DNA from: an uncultured Oscillospiraceae bacterium
GTDB lineage: Bacteria > Bacillota > Clostridia > Christensenellales > CAG-314
NCBI GenBank assembly: GCA_964535505.1
Contig: CAZHUH010000002.1
Coordinates: 52,814-116,813, forward strand
Reading direction: 5' to 3'
Length of the DNA: 64,000 bases
Shown: positions 7,540 to 17,599 of the stretch, piece after piece
Numbering within the stretch: position 1 is the stretch's first letter
Layout of the letters: every line of letters starts with the position of its first letter
Program-made: the position numbers and the translations under genes
The notes under the pieces: model-generated
What the model was told of the DNA's origin: nothing
Database searches by the model: none
What the model saw: the letters and a program-made list of their open reading frames with translations, nothing else

Positions 7540-8709
7540 CTACTTAACTTTTTGCACGGCAACATCCAATGTGCCGTCGCAAAGGGTAACGTTAAGCAAA
7601 TCTCCGCTGTGAACTTGTGTGGCGGAACGAACTTTGGCGCCGTCCTTTTCCACATAGGCGTAGCCGCGCCGCAAGATGTTTGCGGGGTTGGCTGCCGAAA
7701 GCCTTGCCGTAGCGTTTTCCGTTTGAGCAAGGCACTTTTGCGTGCGGCTTTGCAACTTTGTCAAACCGTTTGAAAGGCAAAATTTCACCGCTGTTTTGTT
7801 CGCGTTTAGGTTATATGAAACTTGCGCCGCGATACGTTTTGTCGCATACGTAGTGGCGTTTTTGTTGTTTTTCAGTTGCACGGTTAACTTTGACGAAAGC
7901 CGGTTTAGTCGCGACAAAATGCCGGTTTTAAGAAGAGCGGAATCCAACGTTACAAATTCCGCCGCTTCGCTGGGGGTAACGGCGCGCTTGTCGGCGGCAA
8001 AGTCGCTTAGGGTGTAGTCTACACCGTGTCCAACGGCGGAAACCACCGGTTTTTTACACTCGGCAACGGCACGCACAACGATTTCCGAATTGAACATCGA
8101 GAGATCTTCGTTGGAACCGCCGCCGCGACCGACGATTACGACATCGACATCGCTATTGGAAAAATAGGCAATGCCTTGGGCAATTTCCACATCGGCACCC
8201 ACGCCCTGCACCTTGACGGGATACAACAAAATATCCGAAAAGGGTTGGCGGCGATGCACCACCGTTTCGATGTCGTGAATTACCGCCCCGGTGGCACTTG
8301 TTACAACACCTATCTTCATGCAACAATTCGGCACGGGCTTTTTGCGAATTTCGTCAAACAAGCCTTCCTTTTGCAGTTTTTCTTTCAGTTCCAAAAAGCG
8401 CAAATATGCCGCACCTGTGTTCTTCGTGGCGGAAAATCTGCGCACAAAAAAGGAAATTCTGCCACTTTTTACCCAAAAATTTATTTTGCCTTCGGCAACA
8501 ATCAATGCGCCTACGGTAGGTTCAACGTTGCCGTTGCCGTAGCAAAAGCAATCGATGGCGGAATTTTCGTCCTTCAAAGAAAAATACCACCCTTCGCGAG
8601 CGCACTTGACGTTGGTTATTTCGCCGCACACCGAAACGTCGTTTAATACGCCGTCGATATCGAACAAACCGTGTATGTAGTTGTTGAGTTGAGAAACGGA
8701 AATAGTCAT
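7540..8709 (-). CDS. xseA: Exodeoxyribonuclease VII large subunit
   Basis: N-terminal OB region (SVSQLNNYIHGLF...VCGEITN) followed by the catalytic core. The start was chosen at MTISVSQL, which has a GGAGAG SD; the ORF track extends to 8736. Confidence 0.93.
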   Translation of the reverse strand: MTISVSQLNNYIHGLFDIDGVLNDVSVCGEITNVKCAREGWYFSLKDENSAIDCFCYGNGNVEPTVGALIVAEGKINFWVKSGRISFFVRRFSATKNTGAAYLRFLELKEKLQKEGLFDEIRKKPVPNCCMKIGVVTSATGAVIHDIETVVHRRQPFSDILLYPVKVQGVGADVEIAQGIAYFSNSDVDVVIVGRGGGSNEDLSMFNSEIVVRAVAECKKPVVSAVGHGVDYTLSDFAADKRAVTPSEAAEFVTLDSALLKTGILSRLNRLSSKLTVQLKNNKNATTYATKRIAAQVSYNLNANKTAVKFCLSNGLTKLQSRTQKCLAQTENATARLSAANPANILRRGYAYVEKDGAKVRSATQVHSGDLLNVTLCDGTLDVAVQKVK

Positions 8710-8913
8710 AGACTCTCCTACCAACCTTTTGCACATAAACTTTTAAAAACTGCCCTTCCCAATGCACGGCAAAATGCCGTCAAAATGCAAGAAAAATGCC
8801 GTGAAGTTTAGTGCAGTGTTTGGCTTTTTATGCTTTGTTGGAAAACTTACGTATACAAACACACTGTTTACGCGATAAACCTATGTGCCGGATGTTTGTA
8901 AAATATACAACAA

Positions 8914-9738
8914 TTATTGCTTCGCTTGCAATTTTGTTGCCAAAAGCAAGTTTTCAAACAATGCCATGCGTGTTATCGGTCCGACACCGCCGGGAACGGG
9001 TGAAACGGCTTGCGCAATTTGATAAACATCTTCCGAAGCGTCGCCGCAAGTTTTGCCATCGACAAAACTAAGACCGACATCTATTATAATTGATTTTTGC
9101 GTAACGCAATTTGCGTTTATTATCCCGTGAACACCGCAAGCGGAAACGACGATATCGGCGTTGCGCACAATTTGCGGCAAGTTGACGGTTCTGGTGTGGC
9201 AAATTGTTACCGTCGCGTTACGTTGCAACAGCATAAGCGCAAGAGGTTTGCCCACCGCTTTGCCGCGGCCAACCACAACCACGTTTTTGCCGCACACGTC
9301 AATGTTGTAGAAATCCAGCAAACACAGCGCCGCTTTGGGAGTTGCCGGCAAAAGCGGGGCTTCACCGCCGTAAAGCGCCGCAACCGATTGAGGGCAAAGG
9401 CAATCCACGTCTTTTTGCGGACAAATGAGCCTTGTTGCCGCGGCAAATTCTTTGGGCAAAGGTTGTTGCACCAACACACCGTTTACACTTGGTTGTGCAC
9501 AAATTTGCGATACCGTATGCTCAAAGTTGTGCACAGAGGTGCCGTCTGTCAAAACGCTTTCCACCGCAATGCCAAGTTGTTCGCCGCTTTTTTTAAGCGA
9601 ATTAGTGTACTGCAACCACTGCGCATCGGAAAAACCGATGGCTACCAATTTCGGCGCAAAACCATTATTTCGCACTTGGTTTTTTATCTTTTCGGCAAGG
9701 CTATCCGCAACGGGGTGCCCCAAAAGCATTGTCGTCAT
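8914..9738 (-). CDS. folD: Bifunctional methylenetetrahydrofolate dehydrogenase/cyclohydrolase
   Basis: 274 aa, colinear with FolD, including the VVVGRGKAVGKPLALMLL Rossmann segment. Its start overlaps the nusB stop. Confidence 0.93.
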   Translation of the reverse strand: MTTMLLGHPVADSLAEKIKNQVRNNGFAPKLVAIGFSDAQWLQYTNSLKKSGEQLGIAVESVLTDGTSVHNFEHTVSQICAQPSVNGVLVQQPLPKEFAAATRLICPQKDVDCLCPQSVAALYGGEAPLLPATPKAALCLLDFYNIDVCGKNVVVVGRGKAVGKPLALMLLQRNATVTICHTRTVNLPQIVRNADIVVSACGVHGIINANCVTQKSIIIDVGLSFVDGKTCGDASEDVYQIAQAVSPVPGGVGPITRMALFENLLLATKLQAKQ

Positions 9739-10133
9739 TGTTGGGAAGACAAGCCCCTTTCGAAGGCCGCCAAAATTCCGTTGACGTAGGAAACGCTTTT
9801 TTCGGTAGAATATTTTTTGGCAATGCCCACCGCTTCGTTTATCACAACCGGGTGGGGAGTGTCGCAGTTTTTCATTTCGAACAGCGCAAGCTCCAACGCC
9901 GCTAAATCGGGACGATATATCCGTTCCAACTTGAAAGCGTGCGACAACTGCGCCACAATTGCGTCCAATTCGGGCTTGTTTTCGATAACGCCCTTTACAA
10001 GACTATCGGCAAAGACCAAATCTTCTTCAGTAAGCTTGTCCGAATCGAACTGCGAAAAGTCTCCGTCGTAGTCGGAGCACATAATGTAGTTATAAACTTT
10101 ACAGAAAGCAACTTCTCTTGCGTAACTTCTCAT
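9735..10133 (-). CDS. nusB: Transcription antitermination factor NusB
   Basis: MRSYAREVAFCKVYNY ... SVSYVNGILAAF is typical of NusB. The start was taken at the internal Met; the ORF track extends to 10184. Confidence 0.9.
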   Translation of the reverse strand: MRSYAREVAFCKVYNYIMCSDYDGDFSQFDSDKLTEEDLVFADSLVKGVIENKPELDAIVAQLSHAFKLERIYRPDLAALELALFEMKNCDTPHPVVINEAVGIAKKYSTEKSVSYVNGILAAFERGLSSQQ

Positions 10134-10351
10134 ATCTATCCTGCTTGTCCAAATGCTGTTTGAGAGTAATTTTTTTATTAACAATGCAAAATCGGGCGCA
10201 CAAATTTTGTCCTCTTTGCGATATGGCAGATAATAATTATCCGAACCGATACGTGTAGCGACTGCGATAGCGCTAGTATGTTATCACCAAAAATATAGTG
10301 TATAAAATTGCGCTCGCGACCTTGGCGCGTTTTATTCGCGTCTGCTATGCG

Positions 10352-10389
10352 CAAAAAACCCTTTGCATCAAAAGGTGCTCAAGGGTTTT
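10352..10389 (-). terminator. Intrinsic terminator after the asp23-like gene
   Basis: On the minus strand: AAACCCTT-N17-AAGGGTTT followed by TTTTGCGC. Confidence 0.6.
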
Positions 10390-10397
10390 GCCGCATT

Positions 10398-10727
10398 TCA
10401 GTTTTCTTCCACCTCTACGTCCACAACGTGAACGTTGACGTCTTTGACTTTGAATTCCGTCATATCCTCGATGGCGTCTTTCACCGTATCTTGAATATGA
10501 CTTGCCACATCGGAAACTTCCACCGTGCACAACAGTTTTACAAAAACATCGATGTACATTTCGTCGCCGATTTGCTCAATCTTGATGGAATCTTTGGCTT
10601 TTTTGGAATTGTCGGCATATTTCACCACGCCTTCAACTTCGCCCAAAGCGCAATCTACTATATCGCGCAAAATTTCGCTGCTGTAAACAAGCCTTCCTGT
10701 GTTATCGCGTTTTGTTACAACTTTCAT
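10398..10727 (-). CDS. Asp23/Gls24 family envelope stress protein
   Basis: 109 aa with EILRDIVDCALGEVEGVV... typical of Asp23 (DUF322). It occupies the same position as yqhY upstream of nusB in Bacillus. Confidence 0.85.
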   Translation of the reverse strand: MKVVTKRDNTGRLVYSSEILRDIVDCALGEVEGVVKYADNSKKAKDSIKIEQIGDEMYIDVFVKLLCTVEVSDVASHIQDTVKDAIEDMTEFKVKDVNVHVVDVEVEEN

Positions 10728-10859
10728 AGTGCTTCACCAACCTATCTTTTGGGAACAAGAGCGCCGCATTTTTTCGGACTTGGTGCAAATTTTTTGCCAA
10801 AACAGCCGCAAATTGTTCCTTACGTATAATTGTAACACATTTTTTTGAAAAACACAATA

Positions 10860-11339
10860 TTAAACCGACAGTATTTTTACATAATCGGGCGATACGCTTG
10901 CTTCGGTGGCAATTATGTTATAGATACGAACAGTATCTTCGCGTGTGAGCTCGTCTTTGTCTACAATAACGCTTACGTTATCGGCAGAAGCGTTCACGGT
11001 AACCAGCACGTCGTCGAAACCTTGTGCCTTCAAAAGCGTTTCCAACAGCAATTCCGTTTCCATTGCGTTCACAATGTTTTGTTTTTGCTCCAGCGCTTTT
11101 TGACGTGCTTCGGCATATTCGTCTCCTTCCATTGCCAAAATTGCGTTCAGCTCGGCAATTTCATAGTTACGTGTGGTTTGACGATCCGTTCGGGAGGTTG
11201 CAAAGAATCCCGTTTGAACAGCTTCGTCACTTTCCGATTGAGGGTTTTGGTTGGTAAGCAGTGTAACGTTTACCACCGCTGCCACCGCCAGCACCAACAC
11301 CATAGAAACAATTAGCGCAATTTTTTTCCCTTTTGACAT
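10860..11339 (-). CDS. spoIIIAH: Stage III sporulation protein AH
   Basis: N-terminal TM helix followed by a soluble domain. It is the last gene of an eight-gene spoIIIA-ordered cluster. Confidence 0.65.
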   Translation of the reverse strand: MSKGKKIALIVSMVLVLAVAAVVNVTLLTNQNPQSESDEAVQTGFFATSRTDRQTTRNYEIAELNAILAMEGDEYAEARQKALEQKQNIVNAMETELLLETLLKAQGFDDVLVTVNASADNVSVIVDKDELTREDTVRIYNIIATEASVSPDYVKILSV

Positions 11340-11360
11340 GTCTTATATCCTCCTAAATAT

Positions 11361-11876
11361 TTATGTAAGCACCTGCACTTTGTCAGCGCTGACATTCAGC
11401 AGTGTTACAACCACTTGTTTTATTTTTACCCTAACCAATGGGTCATCGGCACCTTGGCACACGACTACCACGCCGAAAATTTGCGGCGGCAGAGTTTTTA
11501 GCACCAGAGGTTGACCTTGCACCATAACCACGCTTTGCGTTTGCGAAACAACGTCATCGCCCTTTTGCACCGTTTCCGTTTGGTAAGCGTAAACCTTTTC
11601 GTCCACGGCACTATACGAAATTGCCACTTTTACGTTTTTGCACCCGTCGATTTGGGCTATTACACTACTAATTTTATTTTCCATTTGCGCGATATATTCG
11701 TCAAATTCGGTTGTATCTTCGGCGGATTTGTCAACCTTTGTAGAAGTTGCAAAAACCGCCAAGCACACAACCGCCGCAAGCGCCAAGGCGATGTAAAGCT
11801 CTATGTTTTTTATCGATTTGATTTTTGCCGTTAGTTTTTTAATATTCATATTTTTGTTCATAACCTCATATTGCAA
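11361..11876 (-). CDS. spoIIIAG: Stage III sporulation protein AG
   Basis: N-terminal TM helix. The C-terminal segment ...FGVVVVCQGADDPLVRVKIKQVVVTLLNVSADKVQVL matches the conserved SpoIIIAG ring-forming domain pattern. Confidence 0.78.
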   Translation of the reverse strand: MQYEVMNKNMNIKKLTAKIKSIKNIELYIALALAAVVCLAVFATSTKVDKSAEDTTEFDEYIAQMENKISSVIAQIDGCKNVKVAISYSAVDEKVYAYQTETVQKGDDVVSQTQSVVMVQGQPLVLKTLPPQIFGVVVVCQGADDPLVRVKIKQVVVTLLNVSADKVQVLT

Positions 11877-11917
11877 AATCGTTTGGAAAATATTTTGTCC
11901 ATTTCACATATTCATCT

Positions 11918-12403
11918 TCAATCGTCGTTGTTCCATCGAAATTCCACAGGGAAAACGCAATCTACCGATTGCGCCGCACTTTGCGCTTTTTGCAAGCGTG
12001 CCGCAGTGCAGTTGACATTGAACGTTGCAACATAGCACCCTGTGTTTGCATCGAAATGCACCGAAACTTGCAAAAAACCTGCCCTTTGTAGGGCGTTTGT
12101 CAGCTCGGCAACGGCATTCGTGTTGCTTGTTTGTTGCGCCGTCAAATACGTTTTGTCTGCCTGCGCTTCGGCAACGTAGTCGAGGTAGTTTTGCTGCACC
12201 GAAACTTCCGCTTGGGAAAAGTTTACGTCAAAACTGCCCTGTTGAAAAAATGCAAACAACGGCTGAACCACCGCCAACGTTACCACCACGCCGATAACTG
12301 TTTTTACGTACTTTTTTGTTTGCCCGTCCGGCAAAATAATATCGCACAACACGGACAAAATGGCTATCCCTGCCACGCTTAAAATCCACTGTTGCATAGG
12401 CAT
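11918..12403 (-). CDS. spoIIIAF: Stage III sporulation protein AF
   Basis: Two N-terminal TM helices and the correct position in the operon. The start is uncertain (12397-12445). Confidence 0.62.
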   Translation of the reverse strand: MPMQQWILSVAGIAILSVLCDIILPDGQTKKYVKTVIGVVVTLAVVQPLFAFFQQGSFDVNFSQAEVSVQQNYLDYVAEAQADKTYLTAQQTSNTNAVAELTNALQRAGFLQVSVHFDANTGCYVATFNVNCTAARLQKAQSAAQSVDCVFPVEFRWNNDD

Positions 12404-12416
12404 CACAAGACAAATT

Positions 12417-13562
12417 TCAAACCAAGTTGGCGCAAGAAATGGCAATAAAAGTCAGAATACAAAACATAAATGCCACCGCAAACACTAAGGCGGAAAGAAA
12501 TGTTAAACTTTTGCAAATTCCGCTCAAAATTTTGAGATATTTGCTTTCTACAATGGGTTCGCTTATCGCCGAAACGGCTTGCAACCCCAAGTTTACGCAA
12601 ATGAGAGTTACCAAAGGTTTTGCCGCAATAAAAAACATAAGCAACATGCTCACCGCACCGAAGGCGTTTTTGATAAGGGATGTGCTTGCCACAACGATGT
12701 CGAAGCCGTCGGAAACGTAGCCGCCTAAAATAGGAATGTAGTTTTTGGCGGCAAACTTGGCGACGCGAAAAGATACTCCGTCGATGCCGGAAGCCGTTAT
12801 GCCCTGCACGGCGGTGAAAGCGGAAAACAGCGTGAACATAACACCCAAAATCCACGAAGAGGCACTGTTGAAAAACCCCGAAAGTTTTTCTACACGCAAA
12901 TTGGAGGAAATGTTGCTTACAACCACAAACGCCATACCGAAAACGGAAAGGGGCAGCAGCAAGTTTTTTACCATGCCGACCACCACCGACGAAAACATTA
13001 CCATTGCCGGTTGGCACACCGAAGAGGACACGTTGCCGCCGTTTGCCGTTACAAGTGTTAGCAAAATGGGCATCGCGGCGTCTGTTAGAGCAGCAGTTTG
13101 AAAAATCATCGCGGAAACTTGCCGATAGGCTTCCACCACAAGTGCCAAAACCGAAATGGAAATGACGGTTATGCCAACAAAAGAAATGACGTTGGATGTG
13201 TCCACCGAAACAAAGCCGTCGGAGGTGTTACGCACCAAACCGCACACCACCAAAATACAAAAAATGCTGACAAGTTGCGGCAAAATGGAGGAAAAGTTGC
13301 TGCCCAACATGGAACAGAACAATTCCCAAAAACTTTGGGTAGAATCGAACTCGCCGTTGATTATCTGCCGCACTTTTTCGGCAAAGTTTTGAAAAAACGG
13401 AGCGCTGACGTTTTCCATTTGGGAAAAATCGATGTTTTCCAAACCATTTTCCACTTCTTGTTGCAGGTCGGATTGAGTATCGGCAAAAGCCAACTGCGGG
13501 AAGGCAGCAAATAACACCAACCACAAAACTATTGGAATTAAAACAAGCACAAGTTTTTTCAT
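12417..13562 (-). CDS. spoIIIAE: Stage III sporulation protein AE (polytopic membrane protein)
   Basis: Signal-like N-terminus (MKKLVLVLIPIVLWLV), multiple TM helices and the correct size and position. The ORF track start at 13628 is probably too far upstream. Confidence 0.85.
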   Translation of the reverse strand: MKKLVLVLIPIVLWLVLFAAFPQLAFADTQSDLQQEVENGLENIDFSQMENVSAPFFQNFAEKVRQIINGEFDSTQSFWELFCSMLGSNFSSILPQLVSIFCILVVCGLVRNTSDGFVSVDTSNVISFVGITVISISVLALVVEAYRQVSAMIFQTAALTDAAMPILLTLVTANGGNVSSSVCQPAMVMFSSVVVGMVKNLLLPLSVFGMAFVVVSNISSNLRVEKLSGFFNSASSWILGVMFTLFSAFTAVQGITASGIDGVSFRVAKFAAKNYIPILGGYVSDGFDIVVASTSLIKNAFGAVSMLLMFFIAAKPLVTLICVNLGLQAVSAISEPIVESKYLKILSGICKSLTFLSALVFAVAFMFCILTFIAISCANLV

Positions 13563-13653
13563 GGCAACAAAAAATTTTCGGGGTTTGCAAGTGCAAAAAG
13601 TTGACGCAGCGCTCGTTCGGCGGCGCACGTGTCGCCGCTTGCTCGGGCAAATT

Positions 13654-14037
13654 TTACGCTATGCCTTTTATGAGGTTGAACAATTTTTCCACAATGGGCA
13701 AGGCGCAAAGCAAAATCGAAATTTTGGAGGCAAGCAAGACTTTGTCGCCAATGCTTTTGCAACCGGCATCGCAACAAAGGTTGTTGCCGAATTCCGCAAG
13801 GTAGCCGATGCCCACCACTTTGATAACGCAGCCGATAGATTGACTGTCGATGCCTGCCGTTGCGGAGAAGTTGTAGAAGGTGTAAATTACATCGAACAAC
13901 TTGTCGCAAATGGTAACGGTCAATAGAACCGATGCGCACACGGCAACCACAAGGGCAAATTCAGATTTAAGTTGTTTTGTCAAAACAGTGGCAACCACCG
14001 CGGCAATGGCAAACAACACAATTTTCAAAATATCCAT
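13654..14037 (-). CDS. spoIIIAD: Stage III sporulation protein AD
   Basis: 127-aa, 4-TM protein with ...VVGIGYLAEFGNNLCCDAG... characteristic of SpoIIIAD. Confidence 0.85.
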   Translation of the reverse strand: MDILKIVLFAIAAVVATVLTKQLKSEFALVVAVCASVLLTVTICDKLFDVIYTFYNFSATAGIDSQSIGCVIKVVGIGYLAEFGNNLCCDAGCKSIGDKVLLASKISILLCALPIVEKLFNLIKGIA

Positions 14038-14039
14038 AA

Positions 14040-14234
14040 CTACAACTCAAACAGCGCTTTCAACGTGTCGTAAAGTTGCGAAATCATATCCAGCAAAATT
14101 ACAAACGCGATAATTAGCCCTGCCACGGAGACGACTGTGGCAATTTCGTCTTTGCCGGTCTTTTTCAAAAGCATTGCCGCAATGGCGGTTATTATGCCGA
14201 TGGCGGCAATTTTGAAAATTATCATTATATCCAT
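14040..14234 (-). CDS. spoIIIAC: Stage III sporulation protein AC
   Basis: 64 aa with 2 TM helices (MDIMIIFKIAAIGIITAIAAMLLKKTGKDEIATVV...). The ORF track N-terminal extension was rejected. Confidence 0.8.
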   Translation of the reverse strand: MDIMIIFKIAAIGIITAIAAMLLKKTGKDEIATVVSVAGLIIAFVILLDMISQLYDTLKALFEL

Positions 14235-14322
14235 ATTCCACCCAAAAGCACAACGGTTTTGCTTGATGGCACACTGCTTTTGCCAAACGTAATTTAGCGG
14301 CACACTACTGCCGAATGTAACC

Positions 14323-14766
14323 CTACAAAAACAAGATGCCTGCCATAACACCTAACAGCAAACCCAGTTTGACATAGATCGAAGCCTTTTTTGCCGAGGC
14401 GGAAGCTTCAGATAAATCGGTTTCGAACTGCTTTTGAAAAAATTTCAAATGTTCTAAAAGCGCACCTCCGCCGACACAATCCAAGTTGGCGAAAAAATCG
14501 GACAAGCTCTTTTTTTGCAATGCAGAACAATAGCAATATGTTTTTTGCTGCAATGCTTCGCAAAATGGCGCGCTGCAACTTTGGCAAAAATCGGCGTTGA
14601 AGGTGCCCAATTCCAACTGCTTGCCGCAAACGTTCAACTGTAATGCCACGCAGTACCTAACCAAATCGGCATACAAATTGTTTTTTTGCACTGCGCGCTT
14701 TTTTAGGTGCAAACCAAAGGCAAATCCGCCCACAACGCAGCAAACAAATGCTATTATGCGTATCAT
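14323..14766 (-). CDS. spoIIIAB: Stage III sporulation protein AB
   Basis: 147 aa with a TM helix at each end. It lies between spoIIIAA and spoIIIAC. Confidence 0.7.
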   Translation of the reverse strand: MIRIIAFVCCVVGGFAFGLHLKKRAVQKNNLYADLVRYCVALQLNVCGKQLELGTFNADFCQSCSAPFCEALQQKTYCYCSALQKKSLSDFFANLDCVGGGALLEHLKFFQKQFETDLSEASASAKKASIYVKLGLLLGVMAGILFL

Positions 14767-14831
14767 AGTATTTTATACTTGTCCATTTTGTAGAATAATT
14801 TGAAGATTTTTGCCGTTATTTGAGAAGTTTA

Positions 14832-15689
14832 TCAAGTTTCAGACAAGTTTACTACCGTTTGCGAAAATGTGTCTTTTTGCAGCAACACAGCATAGTAAAA
14901 TGCCGAAACGGCACTACCCAAAAGCGTTTTCAGCTCGGCAAGACTGTTTGCGTGTATGCTTGCGGCAACCCTTACACCGCTTGACACGGCATGTTGCAAA
15001 AGAGGTAATTCACCTGCCGACAGTTCGTCGCAAACTATCCAATCGGGCGACATTGCTCGCACCGCCGTTTCAAACGCATAGCGTTTGTCTGCAAACAAAA
15101 ACACATCGCAAAAAGATTCGTCAAAGCCATGGCAAGCGGAAATTTCCCCACGCTCGTCCACGACAACAACGTTTTCGTCGCGAGAAAGTTTCAATGCCAA
15201 ATCGCGCAAGTAGGTGGTTTTGCCGCTGCGCGGCGGCCCTGCCACAATTACGCTTTGCCGAAAAGTTTGCGCACAAGCAACTCCCTTTGCCACACGCACA
15301 CACAGTGAAGTGTACTTTTTGAAAACGTCGCCGCCCTTTTCGCCGCACACTCCCACACGACTTCCGTCGGTCAAGGTGAAAAAGCCTTGCGCAAGCATTT
15401 TTTCGTAAGCGTAGACGGAACTGTTGCACGCCCTTTTGATAAAGTTTTCGCAAAAGCAACCAAAGTTCGCGGCATCTTTGGGCGTTGACAAAAATTTGTT
15501 GTTACCCAGCCAAAACCACTTGCCGCAAACATTGGCTTTGATAGGCTTGTTGTCGCGAAGGCGCAATTCTCGCAAACCGCTTACACTTCGCAGATAGCCG
15601 CCGACTTCTTGCGGCAAACACTCCCAAAAGTTCATACAACATTGTATTGGACAAGCCGCAAAATCAGAACCGCAAAAGAAAAACGACAT
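14832..15689 (-). CDS. spoIIIAA: Stage III sporulation protein AA (AAA+ ATPase)
   Basis: Walker A GPPRSGKTT and Walker B VVVVDE. It is the first gene of the cluster. The true start may be the internal Met near 15635. Confidence 0.85.
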   Translation of the reverse strand: MSFFFCGSDFAACPIQCCMNFWECLPQEVGGYLRSVSGLRELRLRDNKPIKANVCGKWFWLGNNKFLSTPKDAANFGCFCENFIKRACNSSVYAYEKMLAQGFFTLTDGSRVGVCGEKGGDVFKKYTSLCVRVAKGVACAQTFRQSVIVAGPPRSGKTTYLRDLALKLSRDENVVVVDERGEISACHGFDESFCDVFLFADKRYAFETAVRAMSPDWIVCDELSAGELPLLQHAVSSGVRVAASIHANSLAELKTLLGSAVSAFYYAVLLQKDTFSQTVVNLSET

Positions 15690-15821
15690 AAAATTCCTTT
15701 TTGAACGTTGGGCGGATACAAATACGAGAAGATAAAAAGGCTCTGTAATAAATGTTGTTGGTGATAGTATTAATCAACAAACGATAACCGACAAAAAATC
15801 AATAAATAAAAGATAATCAAT

Positions 15822-15877
15822 AAATATTCAAAAGAAAATCAAATATTCAAAAGAAAATCAAATATTCAAAAGAAAAA
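15822..15877. repeat. Tandem repeat, 3 x 19 bp (AAATATTCAAAAGAAAATC), between the efp terminator and spoIIIAA
   Basis: Two exact copies (15822-15840, 15841-15859) and a third almost complete copy that merges into the terminator stem. Confidence 0.9.
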
Positions 15878-15920
15878 TGCACTTTCTTTTATTGCATTGC
15901 AAAAGAAAGTGCATTTTTGA
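15872..15920 (-). terminator. Intrinsic terminator after efp (bidirectional shape)
   Basis: 16-bp stem AAATGCACTTTCTTTT / AAAAGAAAGTGCATTT with T-runs on both sides. Confidence 0.8.
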
Positions 15921-15938
15921 TTTTAAAATTGTGTTAAT

Positions 15939-16499
15939 TTACTTTACGCGTTCCATATATTCGCCTGTGCGAGTGTCGATACGAATACGTTCGCCTTCGT
16001 TTACAAACATGGGGACCATAAGGGTGTAACCTGTTTCTACCGTTGCTTGTTTGGTAGCATTAGTCGCCGTGTTTCCTGCAACGCCCGGATCACACTTGGT
16101 GATGAGCAATTCAACAAAGTTGGGCGCTTCTACCGAGAATGCTTCGCCTTTGTAGAACTTGATAGTTGCCGTCATGTTTTCCGTCATAAACATCAATGCG
16201 TCTTCCACTTGAGAATGATTCAAGGGAACTTGTTCGTAAGTTTCTTGATCCATAAAGTAGTAGATGTCGCCATCGCTGTAGAGATATTGCATTTCTTTGC
16301 TTTCAATGTGTGCCAGCTCGAATTTTTCCGAAGGGTTGAACGTTTCTTCGCGAACCGCGCCCGTTACCACGTTTTTGATTTTTGTGCGCACGAATGCCGC
16401 GCCTTTGCCGGGTTTTACGTGTTGAAAATCAACGATAGTATAAATTCCATTGTTGTAAACAAACGTTACGCCTTTTCTGAAATCTCCTGCTAAAATCAT
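15939..16499 (-). CDS. efp: Elongation factor P
   Basis: 186 aa, including ...[17 protein letters not shown]... with the conserved modified Lys loop. Confidence 0.97.
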   Translation of the reverse strand: MILAGDFRKGVTFVYNNGIYTIVDFQHVKPGKGAAFVRTKIKNVVTGAVREETFNPSEKFELAHIESKEMQYLYSDGDIYYFMDQETYEQVPLNHSQVEDALMFMTENMTATIKFYKGEAFSVEAPNFVELLITKCDPGVAGNTATNATKQATVETGYTLMVPMFVNEGERIRIDTRTGEYMERVK

Positions 16500-16520
16500 T
16501 GTTATGTGCCTCCTGTACCT

Positions 16521-17588
16521 TTATAAAATTATAATGTTTTTGTCTGAAGTTGTCAAATCAATTACACTGTCTTCTTCAATAAGCAACAAATCTTCAATTC
16601 TTACGCCGCCGACTTTGGGCACATAAATGCCCGGTTCGCACGTGATAAGTTGTTTGGGTTGTAATTTGTCGGGAGAAAGCATTGACGCACGAGGATTTTC
16701 GTGAATGTCGATGCCCAAACTGTGCCCTGTGCTGTGGGTGAAGTTTTCCGCATAGCCGTTGGCTTTTATCACTTCGCGGCAAAAACTATCCAATTCTCTG
16801 CCACCCATGCCGGGGTAGGCGTTGGTAATGCCGTTGCGTTGAGCCATCAAAACCACGTTGTAAATTTTGCGCAATTCCGCACTGGGTTCGCCAACGAAAA
16901 CCGTTCGGGTCATATCCGAACAATATCCGTGGTAGCGGGCGCCGAAATCCATTGTTACGGGGTCGCCGTTTTGGATAACTTTGTCGGTTGGGTGCGCATG
17001 CGGTTTGGAAGAATTTACTCCGGAAGCGATGATTGTTTCGAAGGCTAAGCCTTCCGCACCGTTTTTTGCCATGAGGTATTCCAACTCGACCGCCAAATCT
17101 TTTTCGGTGATGCCTGCTTTGATGACGTTTAGCACCTGCGAAAAAGCCGCGTCGGTTATCGATTGCGCCCTTTTGATATAGGAAATTTCCGTTTCGTCTT
17201 TGAAACTGCGAACGGCGTTGATATGTGCGCCCACGGGAGCAAACGTAACGTCTTTGATACCCGTGCGCAGTTCTTCGTAATCACAAACAGTAAGTTCTGT
17301 GTCCTCGAAACCCACCGTTTTTACGCCGTTTTCCTTAAAAATGGAAGTAACAACCGAGTTTGCACTGATGCCGTTGGCAATTTGCCGCACTTCCACACCG
17401 TCGTTTTCTAACGATTGCGCCATTTCGTAGTAGCGCGGATCAGTGATGAAGATGTTTTTGTTCTTTTTTAGCAACACCAAGTAGCCAAAAGTTGATTGAA
17501 ACCCCGTAAAATACATTCTGTTTTTGTCGCTTATTACCAAAATTGCATCGGTTTGCGCCAAAGAGAATAGTTTGTCTGTACTTTTCAT
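16521..17588 (-). CDS. M24 family Xaa-Pro aminopeptidase/dipeptidase
   Basis: M24 metal-ligand segments DFGARYHGYCSDMTRT, HSTGHSLGIDIHE and EPG..V....GVRIED. It sits upstream of efp, like B. subtilis yqhT. Confidence 0.9.
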   Translation of the reverse strand: MKSTDKLFSLAQTDAILVISDKNRMYFTGFQSTFGYLVLLKKNKNIFITDPRYYEMAQSLENDGVEVRQIANGISANSVVTSIFKENGVKTVGFEDTELTVCDYEELRTGIKDVTFAPVGAHINAVRSFKDETEISYIKRAQSITDAAFSQVLNVIKAGITEKDLAVELEYLMAKNGAEGLAFETIIASGVNSSKPHAHPTDKVIQNGDPVTMDFGARYHGYCSDMTRTVFVGEPSAELRKIYNVVLMAQRNGITNAYPGMGGRELDSFCREVIKANGYAENFTHSTGHSLGIDIHENPRASMLSPDKLQPKQLITCEPGIYVPKVGGVRIEDLLLIEEDSVIDLTTSDKNIIIL

Positions 17589-17599
17589 ACCCCCTCCTG

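Noticed and set aside
12403-13017. 204-aa alternative-frame ORF within spoIIIAE, and plus-strand ORFs across spoIIIAE/AD
   Set aside because: They overlap a polytopic membrane protein gene that fits the spoIIIA operon order. The alternative frames are R/C/H-rich and lack an SD.
15800-15880. CRISPR array
   Set aside because: The 19-bp units are contiguous with no spacers, and they are A-rich. There are no cas genes in the window.
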